Shown here piece by piece: positions 1-12,609 of a stretch of DNA of 64,000 nucleotides. Numbering within the stretch: the first letter of the stretch is position 1; every line of letters begins with the position of its first letter. A model generated the notes under the pieces. That model saw only the letters and a program-made list of their open reading frames with translations. It had not been told where the DNA came from and did not search any database. A program made the translations under genes and the position numbers. This DNA comes from Octopus sinensis (lineage: Eukaryota). The stretch covers positions 61,442,001-61,506,000 of the forward strand of contig NC_043005.1 in NCBI RefSeq assembly GCF_006345805.1, in the 5' to 3' direction.

Positions 1-989
1 AAGATATAACAAGTTGTCTCATATATTCAATATAATGTAAATGGGGTTTTGATTAAATTGATTTCAAATCATATCATGCTTATGGCATATGCAAATATAA
101 CGACAGCAAAGTATATTTGAGAGTTAACTCAAAGTGACAGACTATTTATTAAACATGGGATCTGATTGAGTAAATTAAATTAATCATTACAATATAAAGA
201 GAATAAAGGCGGACCTTAGACAAAAGCCAGATTGGTAAACAGGTAAAATTATAAGGTATATTCATGTGCGATGAGCAGAAGAAATCTCTTACATTTCCGA
301 CGGCTTTTCATATCCTGTAAAGTCAAATAACAAATATCTACATGTATGATTATTAATAATCAATGAAAAGGTCAAGTGGGCGAATAAAGCAAGAGGTCAG
401 CGGTTTAAAGCCATGTCACAAGCTCTGAGGTGGGAATTTCGCAATTTCATCGTTTCGTTTAACTTTCATTTCTAATCTCAAGCCCCGTTAGCAAAACTTT
501 AGCGAAATAGCGTTATTGCACTAAGAAACACGTTCACACACATACACGTTCCGGCAATGAGGAATGTTTAGTGAAATATAATTTATGTTTCTCTGAAAGG
601 TGTACTTTGGATTTGGGTCGCTAATCTGAAGAAATGACGCAAGAAATATATAATTAAGAAGCTGTCTAATTAACTAACTGGTCATCGGCGTTGTCATTAC
701 GAAACCTCATCCTAATGATTGTTATTATTAATCATCCTCCTCGTCTTCGTCGTCGTCATTGTCTCCATCACTACGAGCAGCAGCAGCAGCATCTTTCTTG
801 TTGTCAGCGTCGTCGTCATTATCATCAGCAGCACCAGATGTAGCGACGACTTCTCTTTCTGCTTCTTTATCATCATCTGCGCGATGTGAGTCTTTCTGGT
901 TCCCGGCTTTGAACTTGTTCCATGCTGATGCGTCGACAGTGTAATTTTAGTCCTGTGCTCCACATCCTTTGGTTTTTTCACATGAGGTA

Positions 990-1416
990 CACTTATATCC
1001 TTTTCAAAATTCAGCGGCACACCTGAACTAAAGATATGTTGTTGTTCCCTCTCGAGCGACTTTTCTGGTTCATTAGGACCTGGTTTCCGCCGGTCCATCG
1101 AAGGTGAGCTGCAAGATGCAAAAGGAAAGAGTGAGAGAAAGTTGTGGCGGAAGAGTCAGCAGATGTTCGTCATTACCTTCTACCGGAGTCGCGTGAAGTG
1201 TTAGGCGTTTCGCTCATAAACACACACATCGCCTGGTCTGAGATTCGAACCCACGATCCCTCGACCACGAGTCCGCTGCTCTAACTACTAGGCCATGTGC
1301 CTCCACGAACTAAAGATACAGCGGGGAAGGGAATTATTTTCAGGTTACACCGCGGCACACTTAGCATCGTCTCGTGACACGCCAGTGTGCCGCGGTATAC
1401 TGGTTGTGGACCACTG
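990..1416 (+). mobile_element. hAT (Charlie-like) DNA transposon right end, interrupted by a SINE
   Basis: Subterminal GCGGCACAC-type repeats near 1014, 1352 and 1387. The terminus GGTTGTGGACCACTG resembles the GGTTGGGAACCACTG-type hAT TIR. It is followed by ATCTAGTC, similar to the nTCTAGAn hAT target consensus. The left end was not located. Confidence 0.5.
1037..1306 (-). mobile_element. tRNA-derived SINE, full length, with 12-bp TSD
   Basis: Minus strand shows A box TGGCCTAGTAG, B box GGTTCGAATC and an (ACA)n tail. An exact TSD GAACTAAAGATA lies at 1025-1036 and 1307-1318. Confidence 0.85.
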
Positions 1417-1605
1417 ATCTAGTCAACCTCAGTTAACCCAGTACCTATGTCCGTCTGGCACTAACGTTTTCAAACATTTTTTTTTTAACTAGGACGTTAA
1501 AGGAGTAAACAGATTTAACCCACAATGAATAAGCAGCACAAGGAATTTTGTTTGATGCAATAAATCTCAGTAATCCATTGCCGACTATATCCATATTCCC
1601 ACCCA

Positions 1606-2021
1606 CTAATGTGCGAGTATAGACGTATGTGTGTGCGTATGTGTGTGTGCGTGTGTGTGTGTGTGTGTATGTGTGTGTGCGCGTGTGTGTGCTCTTACGT
1701 CTATGCGTATGTATGTGCGCGTGTGTTCATATGAATGTATGCATATATATGTGTATATATACATATATATATATATACACACATATTTATATATATATAG
1801 AGTGATATAAAACAAATTCATTTATTCATTCTCTCTCTCTTTATGTACATATGTATATACATACATACACACACATGTATGTATGTATATATGTATTTAT
1901 ATATATATATATGTGTGTGTGTGTATAATATACATATATGTACGTTATATATATGTACATATATATATATATACTATCCATTTATGTATTACATATATAT
2001 GTACGTATGTATGCATGTATG

Positions 2022-2058
<37 letters not shown>

Positions 2059-2180
2059 TATCCATTTATGTATTACATATATATGTACGTATGTATGCAT
2101 GTATGTATGTATGTATGTATGTATGTATGTATGTACGTGTGTATGTGTGCAGGTAGGTAGGTAAATAGGTAGGTAGGTAC
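1606..2180. repeat. Compound microsatellite (TG/TA/TGTA/TAGG) containing an 84-bp tandem duplication
   Basis: The unit starting CTATCCATTTATGTATTACAT occurs at about 1974 and 2058. Confidence 0.9.
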
Positions 2181-2912
2181 ATTCAAACATACTTACTGGA
2201 TGAGATATTGTGTGAGAGTGAGACGGATAAGAAGAATATTTATTTCTCTTTCACTTTCTGTTCCTTATCAGTATATGATTGCTTCAAATTTTTGCTTTCA
2301 TTTTTTTTTTTCTTTCTTTTCAAGAAATGTTTCTTCTCACAATCAATTTAGTTTCTAATTCAACACCACAGAAGTCAATTACGTAGTATTAATTTTTTTT
2401 TCAGAAATTTGAAGCAAATATTAATAAATTACTGTACCTATCGAAAACACAATATCTACTTTAACTTCAAATCACTCAATATATTCTATCAACTGGCAAT
2501 ATCAGTTAGATCGATATAGCTCGATACCTAATTATTGGTAGTGTTTCGTTACTATCACGGTTATGATTATCAGCAAGACTCTGTTATCATGAATATGAGA
2601 GCAACTATGATCTTCAACTTTATCACCTTCCTCTCCACCAGGAGTCGATAAACCAGGGTCTAATTACCCCAAGTGGAGGGAAAACGAAATTCCTGGTTGG
2701 TAATGAGAACTCATTAGGCATAAGTAAAATTATATTTTAAAAAAACACGTTCCTTGTTCCTACAGAATCTTTTATCCTGGTAACATTGCTTTTGTCCAGT
2801 GTAATGGACGTGTTTAGGAGACATCACGACAAAGACATTCAATAAATCTTTTGAATTCAAAGAACCTACGATTTTCGTCCTTTTAAACCAAGGGGTTAAC
2901 ATCGGCATAACT

Positions 2913-3042
2913 CTCTTGTTTCAGTCAGTTGACTGTGGCCATGCTGGAGCACCGCCTTTAGTCGAACAAATCGACCTCAGGACTTGTTCTTTGTAAGCCT
3001 AATACTTATTCTCTCAGTCTCTTTGCCGAATCGCTAAAGTGA
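2913..3042 (-). mobile_element. CORE-type SINE 3' fragment
   Basis: Matches the tail of the full-length copies at 3249, 29766, 57267 and 62579 (GCCATGCTGGAGCACCGCC...GTAAGCCT). Confidence 0.85.
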
Positions 3043-3181
3043 GAAGAAAATAAAGTCACAGAAAATAAGTCACAGAAAAGGAGAGACTTCATAACGTGTG
3101 TTGCTCGAGTAGTGATCCACAAGCCTCCTTCTTTTGTTGTCATAGTATTATTATTATATATGTATATATCTGCATACATAT

Positions 3182-3226
<45 letters not shown>

Positions 3227-3248
3227 TGTGCCTATGATATCTATAAAT

Positions 3249-3665
3249 AGGTGCAGCAGTGGCTGTGTGGTAAGTAGCTTACTTACCAATCACACGGTTC
3301 CAGGTTTAGTCCCACTGCATGGCACCTTGGGCAACCAAAGCCTTGGGCTGACCAAAACCATGTGAATGGATTTGGTAGATGGAAACTGAAAGAAACCCGT
3401 CGTATATATGTGTGTGTGTGTTGTGTGTGTGTGTGCGTGTGCGTGTGTGTGCGTGTGTGTATATTTGTGTGTCTGTGTTTGTCCCACCAACATCGCTTGA
3501 CAATCGATGATGGTATGTTTACGTCCCCGTAACTTTGCGACTCGGCAAAGGAGCATCAATAGAATAAGTACTAGGCTTACAAAGAATGAATCCTAGGGTC
3601 GATTTGCTCGACTTCAGGCGGTGGTCCAGCATGGCCAGAGTGAAATGACTGAAACAAGTAAAAGT
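3249..3665 (+). mobile_element. tRNA-derived CORE-type SINE (OR2-like), near full length
   Basis: tRNA-like head TGGCTGTGTGG...GGTTTAGTCCC, CORE-like CCTTGGGCAA, an internal TG/TA microsatellite and tail GAAACAAGTAAAAG. About 10 homologous copies occur in the window. The family name is from memory. Confidence 0.85.
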
Positions 3666-3879
3666 ATACACACACACATGCAAATACTTTCGGCCGTATA
3701 CGGTCGCAGTGAGTATATATGTATAGTATTATGGGCATTGACAGCAGCATTAGAGCGCTTTAGGTCTTATTTCAAGAACTGTAGGTGGTAGATGTTCTGA
3801 CAACTTCAGTCATATTTATTGACATTTGTAGTTTTTCTGTTTGGTGATCCATTGCTAAACCACAACCTAACTTTATTAT

Positions 3880-3911
<32 letters not shown>

Positions 3912-3961
3912 ATATATATATGGTGTGTGTGTGTGTGTGTGTGTGTGGTGTGTAAACAGAC

Positions 3962-4000
<39 letters not shown>

Positions 4001-4002
4001 CA

Positions 4003-4063
<61 letters not shown>

Positions 4064-4559
4064 GTTTGGTTCTATTTATCCTCACTGTCTACCTACATAC
4101 TTTATTGTGTGTCTGATCAAAGTTCGTTTGTAGTTAGAAATCCTTCCGTGTTACAAAATACATTTTTCTACCTTATTTGTCTATTGTTTTATGATAAAAC
4201 ACTTTTTCACCTCTACCGCCTCCTCAGGACATAAAAGATACGTATTCCATATACGCACTGTTTGTATTCACCTTTGGTGATAGTATTGCCAACGATTGAA
4301 ACTGTAAACTAGTCACCAATAGAATAATGTATCATATTCTACTTCTTCGATTATTAAGTGGGGTTTTTTTTTTCCATACTGTTATACAGCTAAGTTCTGT
4401 TCGTACGTAAAACACAGAATTTATGTATATTTATTTATGTATAACACCTTTCAGTGTTTTGGGGATTTCCTTTGGGTACTCTTTTTGGTAAAGAAACGAG
4501 TTGAGCGATGTGCATATATACATGTAGAAAATAGATAAACACACAGCCATACGGATAGA

Positions 4560-4583
4560 TAAATAGATAGATAGATAGATAGC

Positions 4584-4655
<72 letters not shown>

Positions 4656-4671
4656 AAGAGAAATAGAGAGA

Positions 4672-4722
<51 letters not shown>
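4560..4722. repeat. (GATA)n followed by (TA)n microsatellite
   Basis: Read directly from the sequence. Confidence 0.95.
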
Positions 4723-4723
<1 letters not shown>

Positions 4724-4728
<5 letters not shown>

Positions 4729-5081
4729 CTGTTCTAGGATGACTCCGTTTGGTACTCGGTCCTTCCAGGAGATGCCAAGGATCCGTCGAAGACACCGCAT
4801 GTGGAAGCCGCTGAGGCGGCATTCTTGCCGGGTGTATGTTGTCCAGCTCTCGCTGCCGTAGAGTAGGTGCTCAGTACGCAGGCTCGGTACACAAACTACT
4901 GCTATCTTGGTGGTTATTGTGAGCATGGTTTTTCCCACACTCTCCTGGAGAGCTTAGCCATGGCAGCAGCAGCCTTCCCATCCGTCTGTTCAGCTCCGGC
5001 TCGAGGGACAGGATGCTGGAGACCGTCGATCCCAGGTAAGTGAACTCGTTCACCACCTGCAAGCTGTGGTCGCCGACACTA
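4724..5081 (-). mobile_element. RTE-clade (BovB-like) LINE, RT C-terminal fragment
   Basis: Translation across frameshifts gives LQVVNEFTYLGSTVS...ELNRRMG...LLYGSESWTTYTRQECRLSGFHMRCLRRILGISWKDRVPN, which are typical RTE motifs. Confidence 0.92.
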
Positions 5082-6109
5082 ATTATATATATATATAATT
5101 ATTTATGTATATATACATAATATAATTGCCATATTATATTATAATTACCATAATTATATGGGACAGTGCTACTGACGTTTATAGCCCCAGGAAGACATAT
5201 CTTCCAGCTGGCTTACGACACACATTCTGTGTTAGAATGGATTAATTACTAACTTAAGCGTTTAGGACTTCTTACATCATATACCATTTTCCCATTTATT
5301 TATTTATCTTACCCCGTATAACGGTTTCAGTAGCTGGTCTTTTTTTTCAATTGACCAAATTACAACGAGCAATGGGTGGAAGAGCTTAACCACCTAATAG
5401 TAGATAATAAAAAAAAATACACTTAACCGATTAGCACTTTATTATGATTAATACTATTAATTAGTACTACAAACATAATTATTATGAATTACTACGATTA
5501 ATCTAAAACCTTATTGAATCTTCACCCCTTCTGCGACTAAAACCTATTGGCGTATCCTACTATTGCTTTTTTTTTATTATTATTATTTATCCATCCTATC
5601 CCCACCGTACAAAGGATTAATCCACCAACTACTATTTCTGGTCTAGTCATTTACTTAACGTGACAAAGACATACGCAAGCAAAATTGTATGATTACAACC
5701 ATATTCAACTTTTCCCTTTGTCTTCTATATGCGCTTCTTCTTTATTTATTCTTCACTTTGATGAAGCTGCATGTTTCAGATCAGTTTTATTACCAAATAT
5801 GATAAATATTTTTAGCATATCAATGACAATACCATACTACATTGGAAGCAGAAACAGCTGTTAGATGGGATTCAGTTTATTTGTATTGAATTAATATATA
5901 ATAAGTGATGTAAGTCAATTGTTGTTCATCGGTATTTCTCCACTTTCTGTCTTCTTTAAATTTTAAATTTTGATTCTTCATACACTCAAGTTTATCCTTG
6001 TCTTTACCTGTAACTTGTGAGCATAATATGCCCGTGGTTCTATACCTTAGACGATTATTTTAACCTCTAACTCAGCTAATCTTATAGACATATGTGTGTG
6101 TGTGTGTGT

Positions 6110-6272
6110 ATACGACGGGCTTCTTTCAATTTCCCTTTACCAAATCCACTCAGACAGCTTTGGTCGGCATGAGACTATACCAGTGGACACTCAACCAAGG
6201 TGCCACGCAGTGGATATGAAACCGGAACCATGTGGTTAGGAAGGAAGCTTCTTGATACACAGCCACGCTGCG
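6110..6272 (-). mobile_element. CORE-type SINE 5' fragment
   Basis: CGACGGGCTTCTTTCA...CCAAGGTGCCACGCAGTGG...CACAGCCAC matches the head half of the family. Confidence 0.8.
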
Positions 6273-6758
6273 TCAATATATATATATATATCGACACATA
6301 TATAATACATAAAAGTATTCATATCTATATATATAGATGTATGTAATATATATTAAATATATATCATATATATATTATATATATATATATATTATATATG
6401 TAACTATGCATGTATATTCAACCGTATATACATGCATATGTACAAAATATATGATCTTACAAAATCTTCAGAGTATCATAAAAACTTAACACCAGGTGGT
6501 GCTTCCTTACAAGCATCTGAGTTTGTGGTGACTAGCGTTCTTTAGTGATTAATTAAACTGAAGTAGTTGTGAACCCAGGGGAGTAAGATGCACTTCATAT
6601 TGCGTAAGGGTTCTTTGTTCCGTCTATAGAGACAGCTGTATGTTGATGAATTCACTAAATAACGTCTCCCTTTGATATTTACTTTCAATATGAATGTGTG
6701 TGTGTGTGTACTTTTGTCTGTGTGTGCTCGTATGTGCGTGCATATGCATATATATATA

Positions 6759-6801
<43 letters not shown>

Positions 6802-7629
6802 GTATACACACAAACACACCACACACGCACACATAATATATATATATATAGGTATGTGTGTGCGTGGTGTGTATGCATATATATAAACGCACGCACACAC
6901 ACTCACACATATATACATATTGTTACATATATGAAGATATTGCGCTAGAAGATGCATATAGATATTAGTAAATATGTTGATATATATGCTGATGATAATA
7001 ATAACGACGACGACGATGATGATGTGCAGGTGCTGGTGGTGCTGGTGGTGCTGGTGATGGTGTTGGTGATGGTGTTGGTGGTGGGCATGCTCATGGGATT
7101 GGCAGCATATTCACTTGCACAATGTGTCTATATAAATTTGCTAGCAAATAATTAGTAGTTTCAATCAGCGACAATATGATCACACCAATTATATAAGTTT
7201 GGGTTAAAAATGTTAAAAGTGCTAGCAGTTTTGTAATACTTTATCAGAATTTCAAAGAGCAGCCTGATAGCTTCGTTGTTAAGTGATGATATGACGGCTA
7301 TGATAGAGCGATTGTCTTCATTTGGGTGAAAATTCGCAATAAGACCATTTGTGTTATGAATGGACAGGACAGATGTTGATATTGGCGATGATGCTGTTGA
7401 TGATCACAACTATCATTTTGCGATGAAAGTTGGTTTAATGTGATGCAAAATGTTATTTCTTTTCATGATAATAATAGTGACCATGACAAGCTCGAAAGGT
7501 TAGTTCTTTTTCTTGTTTGACCGCAAGTCGAAGCTGATCTCCAGCAGACTTATGCCAAAGTCTTCTTTTTGTAACTACGCCATATTCTCATAGCAGTGAT
7601 TATATATTACGAATCACTTTACACAATTT

Positions 7630-7830
7630 TCTGAATATTCTTATTTTTATTGTTGCTTAGCCTCAGTTCAGTCCAGATCGTGCAGGTCTATAACGAAAAT
7701 GCCTTTCTACAGTGACCCACCACGTCTTTATTCCAGTATGCAGAGAAAAGCGGATGACAGCTTGTTCATCTACTTTAAGACGTTTGATAGTGTTTTAAGG
7801 CTATGTAGCAGCTATTTCAAGCGGGCCGTT
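7630..7830 (-). mobile_element. Decayed copy of a (CAA)n-tailed interspersed repeat (probably a LINE/SINE 3' end)
   Basis: Loose similarity to other decayed copies near 24430, 29600, 30930, 31330, 57690 and 60020 (GGCTGCTATTTCT, GTGACC, tail AAACAAC). Confidence 0.45.
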
Positions 7831-8049
7831 CCCTTGCCAGTCCGATATCCTTTACAGTGGAAGTAGCGCAGTAGCAGAGGAGCCAGTGGTGTTAGTGTTG
7901 GTGTTGGGTATTGGTGTTGCTGCTGCTATTGCTACTTCCTGAATTAGATGTGTTCTAATCTTTTTGTATATTTTTGTATACCTCTGAGATGCTACAGTTA
8001 GCATAGGACAACTGCTTTACTGATGACGCCTATAGGGTAAATAACTCAA

Positions 8050-8262
8050 GTCAATCCCGTTTCGGCTGATGTACTATCCAGCCTTCATCAGGTGTTCTGT
8101 CGGAATTTCAAACCCAACACTTTATTTGACTAATGGTGCACTCTGTTCTGATTCCTAAGGGTCTTTTTTTTTTGCTTGATATTATTTCCCAAGTCCATGC
8201 CTGGGATTGAACTCAGAATCCAAGGGTTAGTCGTCCGCTCTCTAATCCACTATGCTATGTGT
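8050..8262 (-). mobile_element. tRNA-headed SINE with a hammerhead-ribozyme core (copy A)
   Basis: A box TAGCATAGTGG and B box GAGTTCAATCC. The 3' part reads AACAC-CTGATGA-A-GGCTG-loop-CAGCC-GAAAC. It is homologous to 8328-8545. Confidence 0.75.
8059..8096 (-). ncRNA. Minimal type I hammerhead ribozyme core (stem III and 3' strand of stem I lost)
   Basis: CUGAUGA, one extra A, a perfect 5-bp stem II GGCUG/CAGCC, then GAAAC. Confidence 0.6.
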
Positions 8263-8327
8263 CAGTAAGTTTATAATGTTTACAATACTAGGTTTATAAG
8301 CCCCAGAATTCACTCTATAATTGCCTA

Positions 8328-8545
8328 TGGGGATATAGCGTAGTGGATAAGAGCACTGGCCACTAACCCAGGCAGGGTCTTGGGAAATAATATCAACAAC
8401 AAATAAAATCAGCAGAAAAAATACCCTGGGAATGAGAACAGAGTACCCCTTTAGTCAAAAAAGAGTGGAGAGTACGTCATCGGAAACGTTGTGATAACAA
8501 CAAACAAGGTAAGGACACATGTCCGTCCATTGTAAATAATGTCCA
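8328..8545 (+). mobile_element. Second copy of the same tRNA-headed SINE (copy B), with internal deletions
   Basis: A box TAGCGTAGTGG. The B box is deleted between CCC microhomologies. It shares TTGGGAAATAATATCA and GGAATnAGAACAGAGT with copy A and retains GAAACGTTGTGAT. Confidence 0.75.
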
Positions 8546-8954
8546 AACAAAGAACCTTGTTTTTATCCTATGTCAACTTTGGAGAATTTTTGATATTTTT
8601 CTCCATCTCCGTATAATGAGCTGATTTCAGTTGCCATTTCGTAATTGTCATGTATCCTCCTCAGACGGTTATAATTTAAAATAAAGAATTGATGTTGTGT
8701 GATATTTGATATACCTGTATTTGTTTCTGTTGCTCTTATATATAAAACTGACCACCCTGACCTATTTCTCTTGGCTCATTATCCATTTATGCATATTAAA
8801 ATATAATTTACAACATTTACAAATTATGGGAACATCTACAAGATCTCACGACATGCTTAAATAGCGATGCGATCTCCTTCGTATAACATACCTCTGTGTT
8901 TCTATAACTGCAGATAGATAGATAGATACATACATACATACATACATACATACA

Positions 8955-8985
<31 letters not shown>

Positions 8986-9277
8986 CAAAGCTCAATAGCG
9001 ATCGCTATAACGTTTTTAACTCTAAGGCCTGCACGATAAGCGTTGATCCGGGTTCAAACTACGACGTATAAACTCGAAATATGTTCAATCTAAATACTTC
9101 ATTTTCACATAAACCGCCTCCTCTGTTTATTTATAATATTATTTATTATAATAACTTTTATATATCAGTCAATTATCAAATTCAAATGCGCACAATTAAT
9201 TAAACATTAATTTCTTCAGCAATTTTAAATTCTAGAGGACTTTTTCTTTGTCTTTTCAATTGGATTTGTTGTTGTTG

Positions 9278-9341
<64 letters not shown>

Positions 9342-10302
9342 TGATCTCTGCATTATCGCCGTTTCAGGTATTCTAGATATAATTGAACGCACTACAGGGA
9401 TGAGATGAAAGACTAATGTTAATAGCTAAATATAAACGATAATGAAAAGTCAATTATAATTTGATACTACATATTCTGTTTATATAATTTTCAGCTATAA
9501 TTGCTAGATTATATTTGTTTCTACATATGATTTTATATCAAATTTCTTGCCAAAAATTTATAACAAAATTATATTGCAAAGAAGTTACGCAACCATGAGA
9601 CGAATAAATGAAACTGCAAAAAAAAAAAAGAAAAATATACAGATAAAATGCCAGTATAAAGCACTAACTATTTTAGATCCAATTGAATTTATTTCACGAT
9701 TCAAACAACATTTCATATCACGGAAATGGATGAGTTGAAACATTGCTTAACAATAATGGAAATATTTATTAAACAACAGAAATAGTCAACGAGGTAATGC
9801 GCCAGTGAACATACGCACAAACACACATAAACACACACACACACACACACACACGCATACACACACTACACACAGACCACACACAGGCATATACACTCAC
9901 GCACACAGACACAAACACGCACAAACACATCAAGCACACACACACACACGCACGCACGTAGACTTACACACAAACAGACACACTGATCAGAAATATTCAC
10001 ATTTGCGTTCAAACGCGTAGTTATTCGATCGTACTCCACCTCATAGGTATTTAATCGTATGGTTCTTCTTGTCGTGGGAATCAGACATATCAGGACCGAG
10101 GAGAGATCCAATATGTCATACGCCAAAACAATTCGTAAAATATGATTATTCGTATAAGACGAAATTATATTTCGCAAATGTCATTAAGTGTTCCCTAACA
10201 ACGACACAGCATTTTCACCGAATCAGTTTTATTTCCCATCGTGCTCTTCCTCCTCCTTCCTCTTCTTCATTCTGTTTCTTTTACTTTCTTTAACCAAAAC
10301 GA

Positions 10303-10803
10303 ATAGACCCCAGGACTTGTTCTTTGTAAGCCTAGTACTTATTCTATCGGTCTATATTGCCGAACCGCTAGGTTATGGGGACGTAAACACACCACCATCG
10401 GTTGTCAAGCGATATTGGAGGTACAGACATACAACACAGACATTCAAAGATATATATATATATATACATATATACAACGGGCTTCTTTCAGTTTCCGTCT
10501 ACCAGCCTAGTACTTATACTATCGGTCTCTTTTGCCGAACCGCTAAGTTGCGGGGACGTAAACACACCACCATCAGTTGTCAAGTGATGTTGGGGGGAAA
10601 AAACACAGACACATAAACACACACATATATACATAAATACGACGGGCTTCTTTCAGTTTCCGTCTACCAAATCTACTCACAAGGCTTTGGACGGCCCGAG
10701 GCTATAGTAGAAAACACTTGCCCAAGTGCCACGCAGTAGGACTGAACCCATACCATGTTGTTGATAAGCAAGCTACTTACCACACAGCCACTCCTACGCC
10801 TAT
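10303..10803 (-). mobile_element. CORE-type SINE with an internal duplication of about 175 bp
   Basis: The segment AGCCTAGTACTTAT...TTTCCGTCTACCA occurs twice (about 10330-10504 and 10505-10668). Confidence 0.85.
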
Positions 10804-10899
10804 GTAAAATTACCACACAGCCACTCCTGCGCCTATGTAAAATTATCAAGAGAAACGCAACCTTATTGAAAGTTAATGATTCGCGAAAGTTGCGGTTTT

Positions 10900-11636
10900 A
10901 TCGTCAATTATTATAATGTTCCCGGACTAGTTATGCTTAATATAAAAAAAAAACTTATTTACCAAAGTTTTAACAGCATCTCCCTCAAATTGTCACTTTG
11001 CACGGCAATACACCGGTCTCAGCGTTCCTGCCACTTTTGGAATCCGGCTTGGAAGTCGTTTTCCGTTAGCGAGTCGAGGACTTTCTGCGATTCGCTCTTT
11101 ATGTCGACAACGGTGTTAAACAGTGACTTTTGAGATGCATTTTCATCTTGGGGTATATATGGAAGTCTGCAGGTGCTAAATCTTGTGAATAGGGCGGTTT
11201 CGGAACCGATACCATGTTGTTGTTTTGTTTTTTTGTTTTTTTTGGCGAAAAACTCATGAGTAAGGAGAGATCAGTGACAGGGTGCCATTGTCGTCGTGAA
11301 GAATCCAATTCTTCAAGACGTCGCAGTAGAACACTTGATTTACAGTCATTTCCTGGGGTACGGATTCTCGATGTAAAATACCGCAGATGTCGAAAACACC
11401 GATGTGCATGCTCTTGATTGAACTGCGACGCTATAATACCTTTTGAAGTGCTCTTGCCACTTGAAACATTGCGTACAACTCATTGCTCTGTCGGCATAAG
11501 TTTTCCGAAGCATGCTTAACGTCTCTGTAGCAGACTTCTCAAGTTGGCTCTTAGTTCAACTTCTTGTCCATGACAAAAATCATAGACTACAACATACACG
11601 TAATCACAAAAACTTGAATTTCACAACTTGCGAATT
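10900..11636 (-). mobile_element. mariner (Tc1/mariner) transposon, internally deleted and decayed
   Basis: N-terminal MDKKL...KSATETLSMLRK-like segment, WILHDDN (HDNA-like), PPYSQDLAPADF (YSPDLAP motif) and a C-terminal QKWQERWDRCIAVQ-D.FEGD-like segment. Confidence 0.9.
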
Positions 11637-11639
11637 ATA

Positions 11640-12060
11640 CACACCAATGTCCTGGAGTCTCTAATACCGAACAAAAGCTACGTAATACTACCTTCCACCG
11701 ACGCCACCTAAGACATATCCTTGATATGAGTGGAGTAATCGAGTCACCAATATTGATGTTCTTGCCTACTCCCAGAATACCCAGTTTCGTCATCCACCTG
11801 TGACAATGCCATCTACACTGGCTGATCCAAATATACTGCATCTTGCACAAGAAGATTCCTAAAGATATAATCAAAAGGGAGTTGACTTCTGGCAAGGGTA
11901 AACGAGATCCACTGCGTGTTCGTTTCAAAACTGTCTGCAAGAGAGCCACTAACTTTCTTGACACGAACGTTGAAAGGTGAAAGAACATGGCAACTGATTG
12001 CTCTTGCTTCAAATCGAAACGAGTAATGTGTCTTAAAAGGCGAGAAGGAGGCTCGATATC
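11640..12060 (+). mobile_element. RTE-clade LINE 3' ORF fragment, decayed
   Basis: Across frameshifts: FHRRHLRHILDM...RVTNIDVL...IPKDII..ELTSGK...RFKTVCKR. Confidence 0.8.
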
Positions 12061-12297
12061 ACAACTAAAGGGAAAGCACCAGAGTAAAATATTAAAATAT
12101 TGCTCCCGCATATGGAACAGTGTTGCTCCTACGTACAAGGACATCCCGAACTATATTCAGGATTGACCACTCGATTGAATGAAACACTCCAGCTGCTCAC
12201 TCACAATGTCTCTCCATCAGTTTTTCTATCTCTCTATCTCTCTACCTCTCTCTATGTATCAGTTAAATATCTCCTTCTCTCTCTCTCTTTCTTTCTT

Positions 12298-12335
<38 letters not shown>

Positions 12336-12557
12336 TCTTCACTTTCTCCTTTCTAATATAAGGACTTCGGAACTGATTGATCTCGATCCGCCACTTCTGA
12401 GACATCCTCGACTCACACGTCTCATGGCGGTTATTCATGACTAAGGATCAATGAGTTATTTCTTCTTTCTGGGGAAAGGTTAGTCTGAAAATATTAGTCT
12501 AAAAAAACGCATTAAAAAATATTAAGGTGGAATGAGAGGAAAATATAGGGAAAGAAA

Positions 12558-12609
<52 letters not shown>

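Noticed and set aside
712-1098. 128-aa and 61-aa ORFs
   Set aside because: They are built largely from GTC/CAG/CAT trinucleotide repeats and run into TE sequence, with no domain signal.
8018-8050. Plus-strand CTGATGA-CGCC-TATA-GGG motif facing the SINE hammerhead
   Set aside because: There is no GAAA and stem II is imperfect, so it is too weak to call.
11635-12144. 169-aa minus-strand ORF as a host membrane protein
   Set aside because: It is the antisense shadow of the plus-strand RTE fragment.
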